A stretch of 64,000 bases of DNA from Blasia pusilla (lineage: Eukaryota): positions 27,714,001-27,778,000 of the forward strand of contig CM114271.1 in NCBI GenBank assembly GCA_050084515.1. The letters are read 5' to 3'. A program made the position numbers and the translations under genes. Positions within the stretch are counted from its first letter, which is position 1. Each line of letters starts with the position of its first letter. Under the pieces are notes generated by a model. That model saw only the letters and a list, made by a program, of their open reading frames with translations, was not told where the DNA came from and did not search any database. Below are positions 48,630 through 64,000 of the stretch, one piece after another.

Positions 48630-51600
48630 TCACCAATGCTTCCATTGTTGAGCATCAGCTCCTTCATCAAACCCACCAGACGACCCAATCACATTAAAAT
48701 CTAGTTGCTTGCTGTACTTGGACCTTCTCCGTTTGTCAAATTCTGGCCAACCTTCCGTCTGAAAAGAGAAATTTCAACAGGAGGGATTAGGCCTTTCTAG
48801 GGATCAGTGATAATTCCTGTCTGCATTTAATTTAAGAATTTCTTCTTTCTCCTGCAAGTTTTCAACTCATCAACTAGCACTCCCCCTGATTCTATTCTTT
48901 GTAAGATAAATCAGATTTGGCTCACTTACCCTCTATCCCTGAGAATCTACTCACCTCTGCTTCAATGTAATGGCTACAACAACAGTCATCTCCCTTTCTA
49001 GGGCTTAAATATGATTACTAGACTACCTTACCCAATCTCAAGTACCTTTCTGCACAGGGATTTAGGATTTAGTCACAAAACCAGAACTGAGGTTGATGGT
49101 GAGAAAATGTACCGTTCGGAGCCTGTCAACTGTAATTTCATTTCCATGTAAGGAGAGAGTTATCAACTCAGGGCACCCAGTAAGAATCTCTCCTGGAAAG
49201 CTGGTCAATGAGTTGTTATTCAGGAGCATAACCTGCGAAATTAAGGAAATGATCCCACATAGTAGTATGTTTAGGTGCATGTCTCAGTCTTGAGGATGTA
49301 AATCTCGACACTAATACAGGCAAGAGAGCCTAAGAATCTGAATTGGGGGGAATGAAAGATACTCATTGCATGACAGCATTCAAAAACATTTTAACCCACC
49401 ACCTACCTTAAGGGACTGCAACTTGCTCAGTGAAGATGGAATGGATGTCAAATGATTTGCAGAGAAGTCAACCTGCGAACAGAGAATCCAAGATGATCAG
49501 CAAAACAGATATCTGAAGTTTACTGACGGGGCAATCAGTCACAACGCCACTCTCTGAGAGACTGCCATATGATTCTTTAATTTCCCCTAACTGCACCACA
49601 TGCCTGAACTCAAGAACCATGAGGACAACTCCAGCGTTGCAAGAATCATAACTGACCCCAGAAAGCTGTGCACACTGTCCTAAACTGGGAGGTATAGCTG
49701 TTAACCTGCAACATGACAACAGTAATTTAAGCCCTCACGACAAAATCTTGGCATAGTTGATAGACACCCCAACAATACTCCATGTATTCTTCATCTCCAT
49801 TCCATCTCCACTTAGAACACATTGACACGTTCTGTTGCTTAACCAGAGTACAAGCACAACCAAAAAGCTAGAGACTTCCTACAAGTCTAGTCACATTCGA
49901 AAATCAGAGTCTACCTACTAAATTTGTAGCTTGTCCCTTGTCAGTCTCAAATCGCATTTCAGGTCATCTGGCCTGTCACTTGACCTTCCCACACTCAAAT
50001 CTAGTTCTATTTGAAAACAGAGTCTACCTACTAAATTTGTAACTTTTCCCTTGTCAGTCTCAAATGGCATTTTAGGTCACCTGGCCTGTCCATTGGCCTT
50101 TCCACACATTCACAGAAAAGTCAGGACCACGTTCATCTAGTTAAATCTTCTCACTAACAAATGCGGCAAGCATGTTGAATCCTTGTTAAATCTCGAAGAT
50201 GAACTTCATGAGAAGCACACTTACTTGTTGTGACTGACATCGAGCTCTTCAAGCTGTGCTAGGTCACCGATTTCATCAGGCAAAGACTGTACTTGGTTAT
50301 GTGACAGGCTTAGATGCTTTAGTGAGCTCAGTTTACCAATTTCAGCTGGCAACGAAGTTAGGCTGCAGTTCAAAAAAAGGAACGTGTAAGGACTTATAAG
50401 TATTAAACCCGTTCCTGGGCATAATAACTAAAGAAGCAGGGGACAAAGTTAGGCTTTAAGAATTCATCCTAACACTAGTACTTTCTTTCTTTGACGGGTG
50501 AAATGAGTAGAACATACCGATTATGGTCAAAGGCCAGATGACTGAGACTCTTCAAAGAGCCAAGACTTTGCCACTGAATATTCGTATCTGTAAGCCCATT
50601 GCTTGTAAGACGTAACCTCTGCAACATCATTTGATCACTTCATTACGTCTTTGAGGGACAAAGTGGAAAGAGTAATAAAGAAACTTATGAACTACTTTCT
50701 AACTCAGCTTTCTGACCTAACTAGACATCTCCTTTGGCCTAGAAGTTTTGCCATTCTACAATCAATAAAGACTGGCAGAAAATCAAAAGCTCACTTATGA
50801 CAAACCTGCAAGTTTATAAGAGCAGATATTTCGGCTGGTATTGCCCGTATGCTGTTTCCACTAAGATCTAGGATTCGCACAGCTGATCCCAGAGCCCACA
50901 CATCTTTAGGAACTGTCTACCCTTCAATACAGACAGACCACCATCAGCATAAACTTCAGCAACTAGATGTCATAAACTCAGCGGCTGGAAATCATAAAGT
51001 GTAGCCTTGCTGAGAGCCAGAAGTCTCCAGCATGCATCCAGAGGTATCACAACTGAAAGTGGCACATCTTCCATGGCCTCAGGGTTCTAAGACAGAAGAA
51101 AGAAGTCGAGACCAATGCCAAGGGGGAAAATGTTTAAACACTCCAGCCCTGTACAAAGTGTCCAATAGATTGAACACTAAACAGCCAGCATAGAAATAAC
51201 CTTAAAGATAAAGACTCAGAATTTGAAGGCAATCCCAAGGACTGCGACTGACCTAAAATTAAAGCATCAAATTGGAAGTGACGGACTTGAAACAATTGTT
51301 ATTAAAAATATAGTCTAACGTGAATTTACTTCAATCGTATGAGGCATTGATCAGTACTTGCAAAACGTTCCCAAAACTCAACTTAAATAAACCAAACAAG
51401 CCCTTGATGGGAAATAGCTCAGCAAACTATGTGCTAATTAGAAAAACCTAACCTGAAGGTAGGAAATTAAGCAGGACCATAGAGATCTACGTCAACCTCT
51501 GAGACACTGATGCACATTTGAACTGTGCAAATTTTCCATCCAGCCAGCCGGTTTCTCACAGATCAAAGCAAATTTTCACAATTAAGACCCTGACAATGCT

Positions 51601-52764
51601 CATAAAGTTGCAACGAAAAGGGATCATGTGAGAAAGGGGAGTACCTGCACATGACTTTCACGCAGGGACACAATCCCTGTCGCTTGCCAGGCTCCCACAC
51701 GAGTTTTCTCAATAGTCTTGCCCATCTTTGGCATATGGAGAGCTTCCAGGACATTCTTGAGTTTCCCCTGCAGCACAGATTTTGCGGATTTGGTCGAAGA
51801 AGGTGAACCCTGTGGCAGATTGAGCTCTTAGTGCACCCCCCACAAAAGGCCCCTTCTATTTACCTCTCCATTAACCAGAGAATTCATTGCAGTGTGCACC
51901 TCCAAGTTACCTAACAACGCTCAAAGAATGCAGAGACGTCGAAGACGTAAGGGCTTTTTTTCCTCGACCTTCCTTGAGATCAGAAGAGTCTAAGATGGCA
52001 GAGAGCACTTACCCCTTTGTGAACTCCTTCCGAAGCCATAAGCATGATCTTCGAGCCATTGGTTAATTTAGCACCCACCATAGTCAGCTCTGTATCCAGA
52101 ACCTTACCTGTCGGACAAAACGACACACAGTCCTTACTGCTTGAATAACACGAGATTCACGAATCATAATCAGCCGTAAGAAATTCCGTACTTTCATGGA
52201 AAATGCCCCTCTCGCCAGCCTATGCGTTAGTCACCTAGGAAATTATTCTGCTCGATATGAACTGAACATAGAGACTTCTGGTTGCTAGTCTGTGTGGAGA
52301 GAAATAAACGATGGCTGCGGCACTTCGATTGTCACTGCGACAAAATCAAAGGCACTACAATTATTCATCCTTTCAACCCAAATCCTAAAGGAACGATGAA
52401 AGTCTAAAGTTCAACAAAATTCCAGTTGTGAGCACGGGGCACTTCCAAATATCATGTAGTACTTCCGAAAGGAAATGAAGCATTCTTCTCTGGCGCCCAG
52501 TCACCAGGTGGGACCACGCAGTGCATTTCATGAAGCGACTCGCTCGTTTCCGAGCCCGACTCAAAACACAGCGTATGACTGTCAGTGAAACACACCTTTG
52601 AAAATGAGTTTCTGCCCCCGGGGCAAGACATTGGTCAGTTCTTGCAACCTCGCCATCAAGTCCTTCACAGTGGACATGCTGGGCATCGTAATTGACAGGG
52701 TTTGCGCGCCACATTTAACAGATACGGTGATGTCATCCGCATCCTTCGACGCTCCATCTGCCAT
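48630..52764 (-). CDS. Ubiquitin-like domain plus LRR protein (At2g30105-like), multi-exon
   Basis: Exon 1 UBL ITVSVKCG...VKDLMARLQELTNVLPRGQKLIFKG. LRR exons (LDLSGNSI, LSLSHNQV, LSLHGNEI). Last exon EGWPEFDKRRRSKYSKQLDF...FDEGAD...W*. GT-AG introns. Confidence 0.88.
49900..50110. repeat. About 113-bp intronic tandem duplication
   Basis: CAGAGTCTACCTACTAAATTTGTA...TGGCCTGTC occurs at about 49905 and 50018. Confidence 0.8.
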
Positions 52765-55444
52765 ACTTTTGAAGCAATCAAAGTATTTATGTAACCTCAA
52801 AACGACTTAAACTTTCTCCTGGAATCAAACCAATCAGCCCAGTTTTCCCAGAACGAATTTCTCACAAATCGTCCGCCCGGATCATTCCAAAAAGTCCGCT
52901 CGAGAGAACACGCAACCACACACTATCTGTTGCCGCTCCACGCAACTACTGACTGGGAAACGAAATCATGCGATCCACAAAGAAGGGCACGCTGCCGCCG
53001 TGCAAATTTAAAGTTGCTCCGGAAGATTCCAAATCACTAAATCCAATTTCAGCGTCGTCCAAATTTTCCTCAGAACTTTAAAACTCTTGAATTTAAAGCC
53101 CTCTCCCTCCTCTCCTGTGCCTTTCTCTCCGCTGTTGGAACGCGACGAATAACCTACGCAAGTTTCTCAACTCATCACCACAAAGGTTCCAGACGTAGTC
53201 AGTCTATTATTCAAACCCAATGCCCTCTACCAAAGACGGCAGTGACTTCACATCCGCCTTGACTTCCAGACACTCCACACCCGAAGGAGTGCCAATGCGT
53301 CTAGAAGTAATATGGAAAATATCCGTCGGTTACTACTTTTTGTCGCAAGAACTATGTCAGGGTACAAGTTACAAGTCGCTGTAAGCTCCGTACCCGGGGC
53401 CACGGCCACCGCCTACATTAGCACATCAGCGCAGAGACTCCTCACGTGGGTCCCCAGAAAATGATGGAATAGTAGTCTGGCCTCTCCACGCTGGGTGTCG
53501 ACTATCTTCGTGACTTGGAGCACCGAAGCTATTTCTAGGAGGGAAGACGATCAGAGGTGATCGACTTGTTCAGACCGGTGTGATCCCTTGACGTTGAAGT
53601 CTTTCCTCATGATCCCAGTCCGATGAATGGGAGTTGCGTTTAGTTCCTGGTTGTAGGGTTCTGATCAGTGGAAACAAGTTTGGTGTCCTAACTGTAGGGA
53701 ACTAACCAGGGGAAACAACTTTAGTGTTACCTTACTTCGCAGACCAGAAGTGCTTGTTATGTGCCTCGCCAAGACTACGAACCATTGGTATGCAGAGGCA
53801 TGGCCTAAATGACTACGTTACATCAAAGATATTCATTTTCAAAACGGGGCTGAATTAATAGGAGACGTTTCTTTCCTATTCCCTCACCACGCGTGAATCA
53901 AGACTATCCAGACTGTCAAGTACTTCGCCCAGAATAAATTATATAACTGACTTTCTTTACGGGTTGGGCGGAGGTCGTGTGAAGAATTGCCAAACTCAAA
54001 AGAGCACACTCCCTGCGTGTGTAAATGTAGAAGTCATTTCCGATATCAAAATGAGTTTGACCAGGTAAGCTTACAGACCTTGGTCCTGGAAACTTTTTAT
54101 TATCAAAGTATACACGTGCTCACCAACTGACTGCGAAATATTTGCTTTACCAAGTCGACATTTCCATAGCTGAAATACCACTGCAGCGTTTGCTGGGGCT
54201 GTGATCTAACTCGCTGTTGACAAGCATGAAGTACCACAAGTTCTGGTGGATTCTGCCTTTTGATGCAGCGAGGTACCTGGGCATTTCTACAGGGCTGTAA
54301 TGCAGCACACTAGGTTCATGCTTGTTATGCCTAAATCTCATTTTACATCAACAATAGGCAAGCCACTACCCTCCACTCTCCAAAATATCACAGGTTGGAT
54401 CGAGCGTTTCCTCATCCTTTTCCAAACTGAGGGGAGCGACAGGGGTGGGGAGAGGCAATCTGCACATCAGACAAGAACGTCTTTCAGTCTCGTACTTTAA
54501 TAAAAAGTCAAAGAACATTTTGCCCCAGCAACCAGGAATATTCATGCATTCTCCAATTGTATGCATGTAGTTCTGCTCTCGTGTCTATCTGAACATATCA
54601 CCAGAAACTCCCCACTATTAGTTTTAAAACCATAGCACTCACAGGGGAACCATATGAGACCCAGGCATCTGACATGAAATTAGACCACAGTATTAATGCA
54701 ACAAAATTAAGAATCCTCCTTTTGCCACTTGTACAGAACACATCTCTTCAGGAGTTATCTCTGAGTGAAATGTGACACTATCCGACTCCTAATGATGATG
54801 GATCCTTCCAATCATGTATATTCAAACACTACTCTAGGCCCCCAGAAAAGAGAGACCAGAGACCAACTAAGAAAATGATCTCTCTTTTGAACAGTCATCT
54901 AATCCAGGAATTAACAATCTACTACAGTCCTGATGAAGATCATGAACTCCACAATTACAAGGTCTGTAAAAAAATGAGGATGAAAGCATCCCCAAAGTAT
55001 TGCACAATACAGAACATTGAGCATCCAAACACGAAACTCTAATCGAGCACGACACTCAAAGTTGATTGCATACAAACCTTTTTTGCACCCATCTGACCTC
55101 TTGTAACTTGTTCCACGGTGGCTCCTCCAGAGCCATGTTCATTAAGAAACTCAGCAACGATCACTAACCACCACCTCTAAGAAGGATGATACCCAGAGAA
55201 TTTCCAAATTGCACAGTAACTGGACAGGCAGCTCTTCCAAGCACACCTCGAGTACAGCTCCATCCACCACCATCAATTTTGAATCCATGACATGATAATT
55301 TCAAATCGATAAGGACTTCATAAGCCATAAACTGTGAAGTCACCCAGGTGAAGTATCCACTTGCATCTTCCAATTGAGCTGCAGGCCCGAGATGAACTCC
55401 AATGCATTCAGTTCCACTGAGCCAAATCAAGGGGCCAATCTATC

Positions 55445-58400
55445 TCAGCATACACTGGTATCTGTGGCCCCACTCCCATTTTGCTCAGGTCTGAGTTTCT
55501 CTATAAATGGCTTGTAGAACGCTTTTAAATCCTTCACCTCAGACCTCTGGAAAGATCGCCAAAAGTTAGTTTGTGTAAAACGAAATCCTTGCTAACCTCA
55601 ACTACATCAAACAAATCAATACCAACGAAAATTGGCTACATTTTTAAATCACCCAGACATGTGAATCCAAATCACTAGAAAGAAACAGGTGGAGCATCAT
55701 TTCATGGGAGTCAAGACCACTATTTTGAACTACCCCTACTTCAAACCTGAATGTGAAGGCAGTACTGCTCTGCCAGGTTAGGAGGGCAGTGTACTGCTGG
55801 CAGCAGCTTAGTGGCCAGGTGCATTAAAAATTCATCTCCACACTTTTCATATAAGATCTTCTGTGAAGCAACGATTTCACCAAAAAGAGAGAACTGCAAC
55901 AATAGCAAAGGCAGTCAGCTTAAATTGAACTTTGACGAGCTCAAAATTAGAAATGAAAAGTCATGAGCCAACATCTGCAAAAGAAATTCATAAATAAAGA
56001 AAAGGTTTCACAAGTTGGTGGGCCCTCTACAAAGAAAATCCTAAGTGAAACCTGACTTTACAAAGCAAGCAATGCGAAACTTTGACAATAGCTTACAGTG
56101 TTGGCATCACGAAGATTGAAAGACATCTGGAGAACACTGTAAATACAGCATTCGGATGCAAACCTTTCCACAACAAATCGACGAAACCCTGGAACCTGCA
56201 TTTTGCAAAACTTGCATCCAGGTTAGAAAATAAACACTTTACAATGCTGTTACTCAGAAAACCTCAGGCTCCATTCCCATTCTATTCCAAAATTCTAGGT
56301 TCTTGAATAAGCGCAAATAATGATACCAAATTCCTCATATCTAGGTGCATGATGAATGCATGACAAACTGACCTTCTCATCTTCAACACTGCCACCACAC
56401 CAATCTGAGATTAACTTTGTGAATACCTGAACACAAATCTGACAAAAGAGGACAGCTGTGAGCAGAATAAGTGGACCACCAAATTAACTCCTTGGACATC
56501 ATTTAAGTGAGCAGATTGTTATTCTGTCAATAAATTTGATGTCCTCGGTTGTGCCTACCTAGTCCACCTGTAAGTCATTGGATGAAGGATAACTAAAGGG
56601 CAACTAGAAGATATGAACAAAAGTTGGTAGTGTAAAGGGCATACCTTTCTAACAAGGACGTCTCTGTGATTACAAGCAGACTTTAAGACAAATTGGCTGA
56701 TGTTTTCCAACCAGGGACTGCTTTGAGGTGTAATTAGAACCAACGACAAGTCATTTGATGTCACAACGTGCAAAAATGTGAAGAAACATCCCTGAAGCTC
56801 TTGTAGCTCTCGAACTTCCTGACATAGCAATTGATTGGAAGAAACTTCAGTGCCATGACAGTTAATCTATGTGAGACTCCAAATGGTGTTGTATAGACGT
56901 TCGACCTGCTTTTTGTAATAATAATTGATATTATGTATCAGGATTTCCAGAAGTTGCTAAAAATTACTCATTCCTCATGCTATGGTGTTTATGATAATAT
57001 ATTCTTTAAAATTAATTCAACTAGATATTTTTGTAATTTTATTCATAAATTATCCATATTTCTTTTAATGATTAAATTCATCACATTTAATTCAATATAG
57101 CAAATCATGTTTAGTTTTAGTCATAATTTCCACATTAAAGTGCTATTTTTGAAAAGTGATAAAATATCCCTACTATACATGTAAGGGAAAAGTAAGATTC
57201 AGTGAGGTCACTATTACAATGTCTAACAATCGTTACAAACTAAAGCTCGAAGAGGAGGATGACTGAATTGATTTATTGTCCACAGGGCACACAGAGAGAA
57301 CTCATGAGCAGTGCAAAACAACAGACCCCATATCTCACCTCTGTATTTGTGCCAGGGCCTTCCGGAAACCCCTCTTTTGGCAGAAGGGTGAAAACACGGC
57401 CCACCACAGCAGGAAATACTTCCTGAAGAATGCTCTTCATTCCTAATTTGAATTTATTCACCAGTTGATTGATTAATAGGATAAACTCCACCAGATCTTT
57501 GGGCTGTACAAAAGCAAGAACAGAGTGATTACTCAGAATCAAAAGGCAGGAAACAATTTACTGAGCAAAATGAACTAGGCTCTGACTTTCCCAAAGTAGA
57601 GTGAAGAGAGTGTAGTACACACACATTCATTATACACTACTCATCTTCACACCCAGCGCTAAAGTTCAGACCCCAGATAGATCTAGGTCATAATAATCCA
57701 GAAGCCAAAGCCCTCTGATATTATCAATGTGTACTCAACCAACCCCTACAAGGCCGACAGTACATTTTAATGTCTTAATCACAATTAGCATTTTATATCC
57801 AAGAAACATCTCCCCATTTCACTGAAAATAACACCTCTACCCACCACAGGGTGGTATATGCTGTACTTGACATTCTTTCAACATGTTCACTCCTTCCTGG
57901 TAAAAGACAGAGACAGGGCAGAGAGGAAAAATCTAGAAACATACCTCACTCTCAGTGAGGAGCTGCTGGATCGCTGCTGGAAGAACTGGAAATACCGAAC
58001 TTCCGAGCACATCAACCATTCGATGTAGGAAAGAGACGATCTACAGTTGTACAAGGTACGGTAGATCAGAGGATCCGAATCCGGATTCGACCATGTCTCT
58101 GAACAAACAAAATGGAATGGAATAATCAAAATCAAAAATCAAGCTGCATAGGGATCATTTCTTCAAATTCACTTACCCTACTTCGAAGAACTTTGTTCTT
58201 TGGGAAGGTTATCAGAATCCTAAGAATCACATTCAGCGTCTGCAAAAACCAAAATAGTTTAGTTAAAGTCTGATCATCTTATGACCTTGCTATATCCCAA
58301 ATCGTGGGGTACTGATTCATTAAGGCAGCACAAGCTGAGGTCGGCTGATATAAAACTTCCAAAGTTCCACCTTCATGACAAGCTCCAACAAGCCCCACCT

Positions 58401-61400
58401 GCTTGAACATGTTGCCGATTAATGGACGACTATTGGTAATGAGTTGTTCGCCAAAGCCCTGGGCAACACAGCACAACAATGGCATGAGATATGGGTGTCA
58501 GATTTGACAGTTGAATGGGTCATCCTCATCTTCATGGTATTAAAACTATTTTCCAAGATAAAAGATGCTTACTTTGCTCAGATGACTGATTGCCAGGATC
58601 ACTTGTTGCAGATTTAAGGCTGTTGCAGCTGATCCAATTGGGTCTCCTGTAAGACCTTCAGCAGATAAAAGTGCATCTACCTGCAGCCCATCAACTCAAT
58701 CATCTGACCTGGCACAGAATACACGACCTAGGGACTACATTTTTACAGAAGGGTACAAAATTGTTCACACGTCATAAAATCCTAGACAACAGTGATACGA
58801 CGTTCCAGAATAATACATTTGAGAGCTCAGGTATTGTACATTTTTCCTTTAATGTAGACCTCTGTAAAGCTACACATTACTCGGACTAAATCTAAAATCC
58901 ATAGGAGGAGCCAATAAGCATCCAAAATTGTAAGCAACATGTTCAACTCAAAATTCAGCACACAATATCTACGATTGAGAGTACTGACTCTGTTTTCTCA
59001 GTTTTACTATGTTTTTCTTGAGAGTTTCAAATGGTGTAAAAACCTTCGTTTGTTTTTTAATAAAAGGGATGCCCTACATCACTTCGACTTTGTTTACAAT
59101 CAACACCTGAAGAAGATAATGGATGTAAAACTCCTACTCTTACAAATTTTCATCATCCACCCTTGGGTACCTCCCCTGATACAGAAAGAATTAAAATGAT
59201 TGTCGACTAATACTAGCGACTGACTCAGGTGAGACGATATGAGTACAAAACCTGGGCACAGAGGGGAACCAGAAGGGCAGATACAAACTTCAGCTGTTTC
59301 TCTTCAGGAATGTCCTCCATTCCAATTAATAATCCAGCCGCCTGAGATCAGTTTCAACATACAAATCAGGATCAAATACAAGAAGCTTAGAATTTTGAAC
59401 ATCAGACATTAGCTTTATGTTGCACATTCATCGCTAAGAATATCAACACTCTTCATCACAGTTCTGATCCGAATCGAAGAATGATCTCAAAAGGACTTCC
59501 ATGGATGCTCAAAGTGCCCATGTGGATCACAAGTACCACCGGTGAAGGTATCCACAGCCACTGTTTCCTCTTATACTTTCACCTTGTGCGAACTAATGTA
59601 AACCAGAAGAAACTGCAGCACTAGCTGGCAAGAGTGGATGACGATTTGGTCTACGAATATGCTATGTCCCTCTTACCTCAAATGCATAACACCGATCATC
59701 AGCATCTCCCTTCGCATGAATTCCCTTGGACCTCACCACTGAGAGTGTGTCTTGAAGACTCTGACCAGGTAGCAACATCAACCCCAATAACTCAGTCTTG
59801 AGAGATTAAACTGTGCATGACCCCATAAACAGTGATGGAACACAAAGTGGGAATTTATAGATGAGGGCTACAGTAAACTACAAACGGAGTCACCGGAAGA
59901 GAACCACAACACACCTGAAGGATGTCTTCAATAAATGGACATAACTGAGCCCGCAACACCTTCACCAGTCGCATAAAGAGGTAACTGGCTCGAGAACTAA
60001 CTGCAGGATTTGGATGATGGAGACCTCTTAAATCTAAAAAAGCTCTGAGGACAGAAGGAATGTACTCAGGATGGAGTTGAACATATCGCACGAATCTGGT
60101 AATCGTCTCCAGATATGTCAGTGCAACTACACGATGAGAGTGGCATGGGACAATTGCAGACAACAAAGCTCTAACCATTTCCCCAAGAATCCCATTTCCT
60201 GTCTTAAGCGCATCCTCCGTCACACCTTCTCCTAACAGATACAGCAGTGAGATAGCCGCCTCCACATTTTCGAAGGAAGTGTCACGGTTTGTCAGAGCCG
60301 TGAGGAGAGTAGACTGAACAAATGTTTTTGTTACATCTGGAGCCACTCGATTGATGCTTCTGAAGAGTCCAAACAAATCCTTGCGAAAATCCATCAACCT
60401 TTCTTCTTCCTCTAGCCCATCTTTGTCAGGTCCATCCAGTGAGTCTTTACTTGAAGGTTCATAGAGCATTCTATTCCGGATAACCTCCAGGATTTGCACA
60501 ACATGAGCAGCTTGCTTCCCATTGAAGTCCATGCCACTCTTCATTCTACCCACGTAATTAGACAAAAATTGGAAAGTTGTAGAAGACATATCCTCGTCAC
60601 CATGCTGCATAAAGTAGAATACAGACGGGAGGACCTCATCTAGCATCATTGAGACGGCTTCTGTTGCTGCGAACGCTTGACTAGAAACCACATTAATGTC
60701 AATCTTTTTACTACACTCTAGAATCTCGGTGGCTAATCCAGTTAAAAGCCCGGTCAACTTAAGAGCGAATTCAGGCTCCTGTGTCTCAGTTATGCGACTG
60801 CAGGCTTGCCCGATGTGCAACTTCTGCAGAAGTGCAAGCTTAGACGTAGCCTCCATTCGCTTGGATACGATAGCCAACAGGCAATCTGCAGCTGCTCCTC
60901 TAAGTTGGGGAATTTCCGAAGGAGACACGAGAACTTCAAAGAGTAGCGGAACAATACTGTCATTTGCAACCAGACCGATATCGATCCATGCCACGTATCT
61001 ATGCATGGTCTCTAAAATTGTAGCTGCCAGGTAAGGTCGTTGGACTCTGTACATGACTGTCAAACTGTACCATGCCCCCACGATTTGAGAAATGCATTGC
61101 TGTCTCATTGCATCCTTGATCCGGGTTGCAGCCACTGTATCCTCGGCAGTCCTCGGAAAGTCTAAACTAATGACTTCTTCGTCTAAAGTAATCAAAATTC
61201 GACAAAACATGTCGACCACTACCGGACCCTTACTCAGATAGTTGAGCATGTCCAGAAAAACTGACGGCCATTCTGAAGGATATTCGACGAAAATAAGAAT
61301 GACAATTATCTGAGCAAGCTTATTCTTGACAAAAATGGGCCTCGATTCCAATGAACCTGGAGAACCAGGGCTCTGTTCGTCCACATCGTAGTCGCACACT

Positions 61401-61666
61401 GCTGCCAATAAGGAAGACCGGATAAACAGGCGTTCTTGAGGATCCAAAGCCACATAACGCTGTCTAGTCACCTCTTCCAAAGCCTGGAGGCACCAGAACT
61501 GAACTTCGGCAAACCGAGAGACGCGAAATTTTTCCAGGCATGCTTGCCAAATTGTAGGAGATTGCTTTGCTTGCTCACAGTATGCCCTCGCTTGGGCTTT
61601 TAATTGGGCATCAACCGCCCCACTTTGATCAAAAGTGAAAAAGATCGCTTTCTCAAAGTCATCCAT
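55445..61666 (-). CDS. PSD: Exportin-T (tRNA exportin, PAUSED/Los1 homolog), multi-exon
   Basis: MDDFEKAIF...VQFWCLQAL...FVKNKLAQ...YPSEWPSVF...RIKDAMR...YVAWIDIGL. Large first exon 61666-59915. Last exon ...FYKPFIEKLRPEQNGS...VC*. Confidence 0.93.
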
Positions 61667-64000
61667 GCCCACTCACAGACTCACTAGAGTAACAAGAAAG
61701 GATGGGAATGAGCTATCTCGCGCGACACTTAAGACTCATACACTTCGAAGAAACAATCCAAACTCCCTCTTCGAGCTGCGGATCTCTGGAGACTCAAACG
61801 ACTCCAGTATAAGTGTAGTAACCTTCTTGGTGAAAACAGTCGCATCCATTCAAGGCACTCCGAACATGTCTTCCCGGATAGAATTGTACTGCTTAGATGT
61901 TTTCCTATCGACCAATATCGAGGAAAGCGAATCGATCTTAGACACCTTCCGTGCTCAACCACCACATCAGGCTGTCTTCTTGAACTGCATCCAAACAGGA
62001 ATGGATCTGGAGGATTGGAATGGAATTGGAGATCACAAGAGCCGTAATGAGATTCTTGAGAGTCGGTCGCTGCCTTGGAGGATCAATGATGATGTTCCGC
62101 GCGCCCAGACCACCTTCGCACGAGAAAACCGGCAATCCGCACCGGAATCTGGTGGCTGACAAAACCCGAAACCCTCACCGTCCGCCCCGTTCACTTGGAG
62201 GACCTTTGAAAGACAACAGCCAGTGAAAACACGTATACGCGGATGACGAAGTCGGCCGAACGGATATCGGTTCAAGGAGGTTTCAGTAAGATTGAGACTG
62301 ACATAATCTGGGAGCCGATGTCAGCTGGTCCACTGTGCTCTAATCTCCAACATAACTCTTGTAGGACTTCAGCACATCGCCATGGAGCCACATCTCAAGA
62401 TTAAGGACATTGTCTCAGCTTTTCAAGCTAGTACCTCCAGCTGCATCCATAATCGCCACCGCTGGAGATTGAGCAGGTGACCTAGAGTTCAAATCGTCCA
62501 GCCCCAAATTCGCATTAGGTACACGACGGCAGTTAGGAAAGCGTTCCAGAAAATTCTCACTCAATTGCGTAAATCTCAAAAAGGACTTCGAGCATTGCTC
62601 CAAAAAACGAAAGATAAATTCGCTCCAGATTGTTTGTATCCCTTCCACGGCAGCTTGTCGGTTACATTCTGAATCCAGACATCCGAGATCGAAGCCACAA
62701 ACGATGCAAGGGATTCATGTGACTCTAGTAAAGTCTGAGACGAAGGCTCGATTAAACCACATGCAACAAGGAGTACTAATTGCTACTGGATGGACATACG
62801 ATGAGGAAGAGGACGCGATGCTCTGAGCTCTGTTTCCGGACTAGTAAATGCACCACAAAGCTGTTCAGTGCACAAATCCACGAGGAATCTGAAGCCCCGA
62901 ACGAACTTTATGTCGACCCCACAACCAGTCATACCAGAGGAAGAAGGTAGAAGAATACGGAAACACCGCTACATATCTAGCGGCACTAGGGTTTAACGCC
63001 GGTAGGCCCCGACGTTATTATTACATGAACCTACCATTCACTATAAAACCTGAATACACCCTTGATCCCGGTACCGAAAGTTCCGAAACTACTTGCCTGG
63101 ACCCTTGCTCATGACACAACTAATCCCAGGCTCCCAGCCACCCCCTGCTGGGCCTGCCTGCTTCCATTCTTTTCCCTCCCGACAAATTGTGTCACCGATC
63201 CATATATACTGTAGATGCAGCCTCCTATCTCATCCACCCGACCCGAAAAAGAAGAACAATAAAATACAAAAGAGTATGCACACCCGCATCTGAATCCGGA
63301 GCTGGGCCACGATGGCGTGGCCCCATTCCTCATCGGTATCCAATTTGTCTGTCCCGCCCGTGGCGTTGAGTTGTCAAAGGCTTGTTTCGTCAGATGAATT
63401 TCCAACACCGTCGGCACGCATTGCCAGCCAACCAGAGTCGACAGAGAGCGAACCTGGCTGGCCCTAATTTATCAGCTGCCTTGCCTACCCCAACCGATAT
63501 ATCTCGTATGCTAATCTGGAGTGGTACGTACCGAAACTGCTTTCTACTTACTACCGACTCCAGTAGTAGAGTACGGATTGGGCCCCACATCTTCCTGGAT
63601 TCGCGCCGTCGACGGTGTCATCGGACGGCCAGTACCGTAACCTCACCGGGAATGCTTCCCTAGGGAGCATGGCTCGATTTCTGAATTAATTAAAACGTAT
63701 GCGCTAACTCTAGAGTTGCTGGATAAGGATAGCGAATCGTGAAATTGCCCGCGCGTGAGGAGAAAGAAAGCATGTGCACAGTTGGGGGCGCCTAGTTTTT
63801 CGCAAGCAATGACTCATTCTCACACAAATAAATGGTTTATATTTTTGGAATTATATTTTTAATACTTATTTACAAAGGCACAACTATTTCTTGTCCATGT
63901 TCTTTTTAGATTTTCATATTCTTGTGAAAAATATCTATGTAGATTCTCGTAACGATTCGGACATTATTCTCATTATAGTAAGGATGCACGCAAAATAAAA

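Noticed and set aside
49900-50110. Intronic snoRNA pair
   Set aside because: No convincing C/D or H/ACA boxes; treated as a simple duplication.
61635-63663. Short ORFs upstream of exportin-T
   Set aside because: No recognisable domains. Probably 5' UTR, intron or promoter sequence; uORF function cannot be supported.

Overview
Eukaryotic land-plant DNA, probably a bryophyte (inferred from intron style and repeat types; not provable here). It holds four spliced host genes: a transketolase (+), a SAP-like domain protein (+), a ubiquitin-like/LRR protein (-) and exportin-T/PAUSED (-). The rest is mostly decayed transposons. The notable system is a Ty3/Gypsy-type lineage present as two full-length copies (75-8419 +, 27865-38537 -), one truncated copy and one relic. 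Combining copies, the polyprotein order is Gag-protease-DNMT3-like C5 cytosine methyltransferase-RT-RNaseH-DDE integrase-PHD finger. Both full copies lack ordinary paired LTRs. They have split direct repeats, A...coding...PPT-B-gt-A-B, with TGTC...GACA-type ends and 4-bp target duplications. This layout is what would result if a 2-LTR circle (true LTR = B-gt-A) were opened at an att site inside the LTR (CA^GT-TG). That mechanism is my inference. All copies are inactivated by stops and deletions. Coordinates were counted by eye and may be off by a few bases.
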